NCBI GenBank assembly: GCA_031409335.1
Contig: JANNWY010000055.1
Coordinates: 1 to 35,105 of the forward strand
Source: Chthoniobacteraceae bacterium
GTDB taxonomy: Bacteria; Verrucomicrobiota; Verrucomicrobiia; Chthoniobacterales; Chthoniobacteraceae
DNA: 35,105 nt
Direction of reading: 5' to 3'
This document shows, in pieces, positions 34,967-35,105 of this stretch. Both the position numbers and the translations under genes were made by a program. How positions within the stretch are numbered: the first letter of the stretch is position 1; each line of letters opens with the position of its first letter. Under the pieces are notes generated by a model, which was not told where the DNA came from, ran no database searches, and was given only the letters and a program-made list of their open reading frames with translations.

Positions 34967-35105
34967 TAGTGTATTGTCAATTGTAGCGCGATGGTTAAAA
35001 GTGAAAGAATTAGCGGGTACTAATATTATCTCTGTATAAATGGGTGTGATGCCAAAGAAAAAGCATCACATCCGACTCAGTGGCGAGGAACGCGGGCAAC
35101 TCGAA
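34967..35105 (+). mobile_element. Left end of a probable IS630-family insertion sequence
   Basis: Abrupt shift to AT-rich sequence after CTAG (34966-34969, containing the TA target typical of IS630). Putative left end GTGTATTGTCAATTG..., then a transposase-like ORF start. Confidence 0.6.
35049..35105 (+). CDS. IS630-like transposase / HTH N-terminus (partial)
   Basis: MPKKKHHIRLSGEERGQLE resembles the K-Y/H-x-V/I-x-L-S/T-x-E-E-R-x-x-L start of IS630 transposases. Only 19 codons are visible. Confidence 0.6.
   Translation, partial: MPKKKHHIRLSGEERGQLE

Overview
GC-rich bacterial chromosomal window. Gene content (PEP-CTERM protein, lamin-tail/CotH protein, CRTAC1/ASPIC-UnbV proteins, W-x3-DP-x-AA-x2-W helical-repeat paralogs) suggests Verrucomicrobiota; this is an inference. 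Positions 1-28.5 kb hold housekeeping and envelope genes: partial GT4 glycogen/maltose-1-phosphate synthase, NDH-2 fused to a cNMP-like domain, a PEP-CTERM protein, two FG-GAP/UnbV proteins, a TPR protein, panC-nadB, a pilin-like gene with a sigma54-type promoter, a flavin-dependent halogenase-like gene, tRNA-Asp, an RND efflux pair, a CotH/LTD protein and two helical-repeat paralogs. Positions 28.5-35.1 kb look accessory: a ~190-bp palindromic element, a non-coding 41-bp-period array of two alternating palindromes separated by 7-nt variable linkers, a probably truncated secreted-protein gene, a DUF4062(TIR-like)-STAND NTPase-TPR gene followed by a small DUF6855-like gene, a Kelch propeller and the left end of an IS630-like element. 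Palindromes whose arms are built of 6-, 7- or 9-bp tandem units recur across the window, twice in frame inside genes (nadB and the STAND gene). All family assignments come from motif recognition by eye, not database searches.
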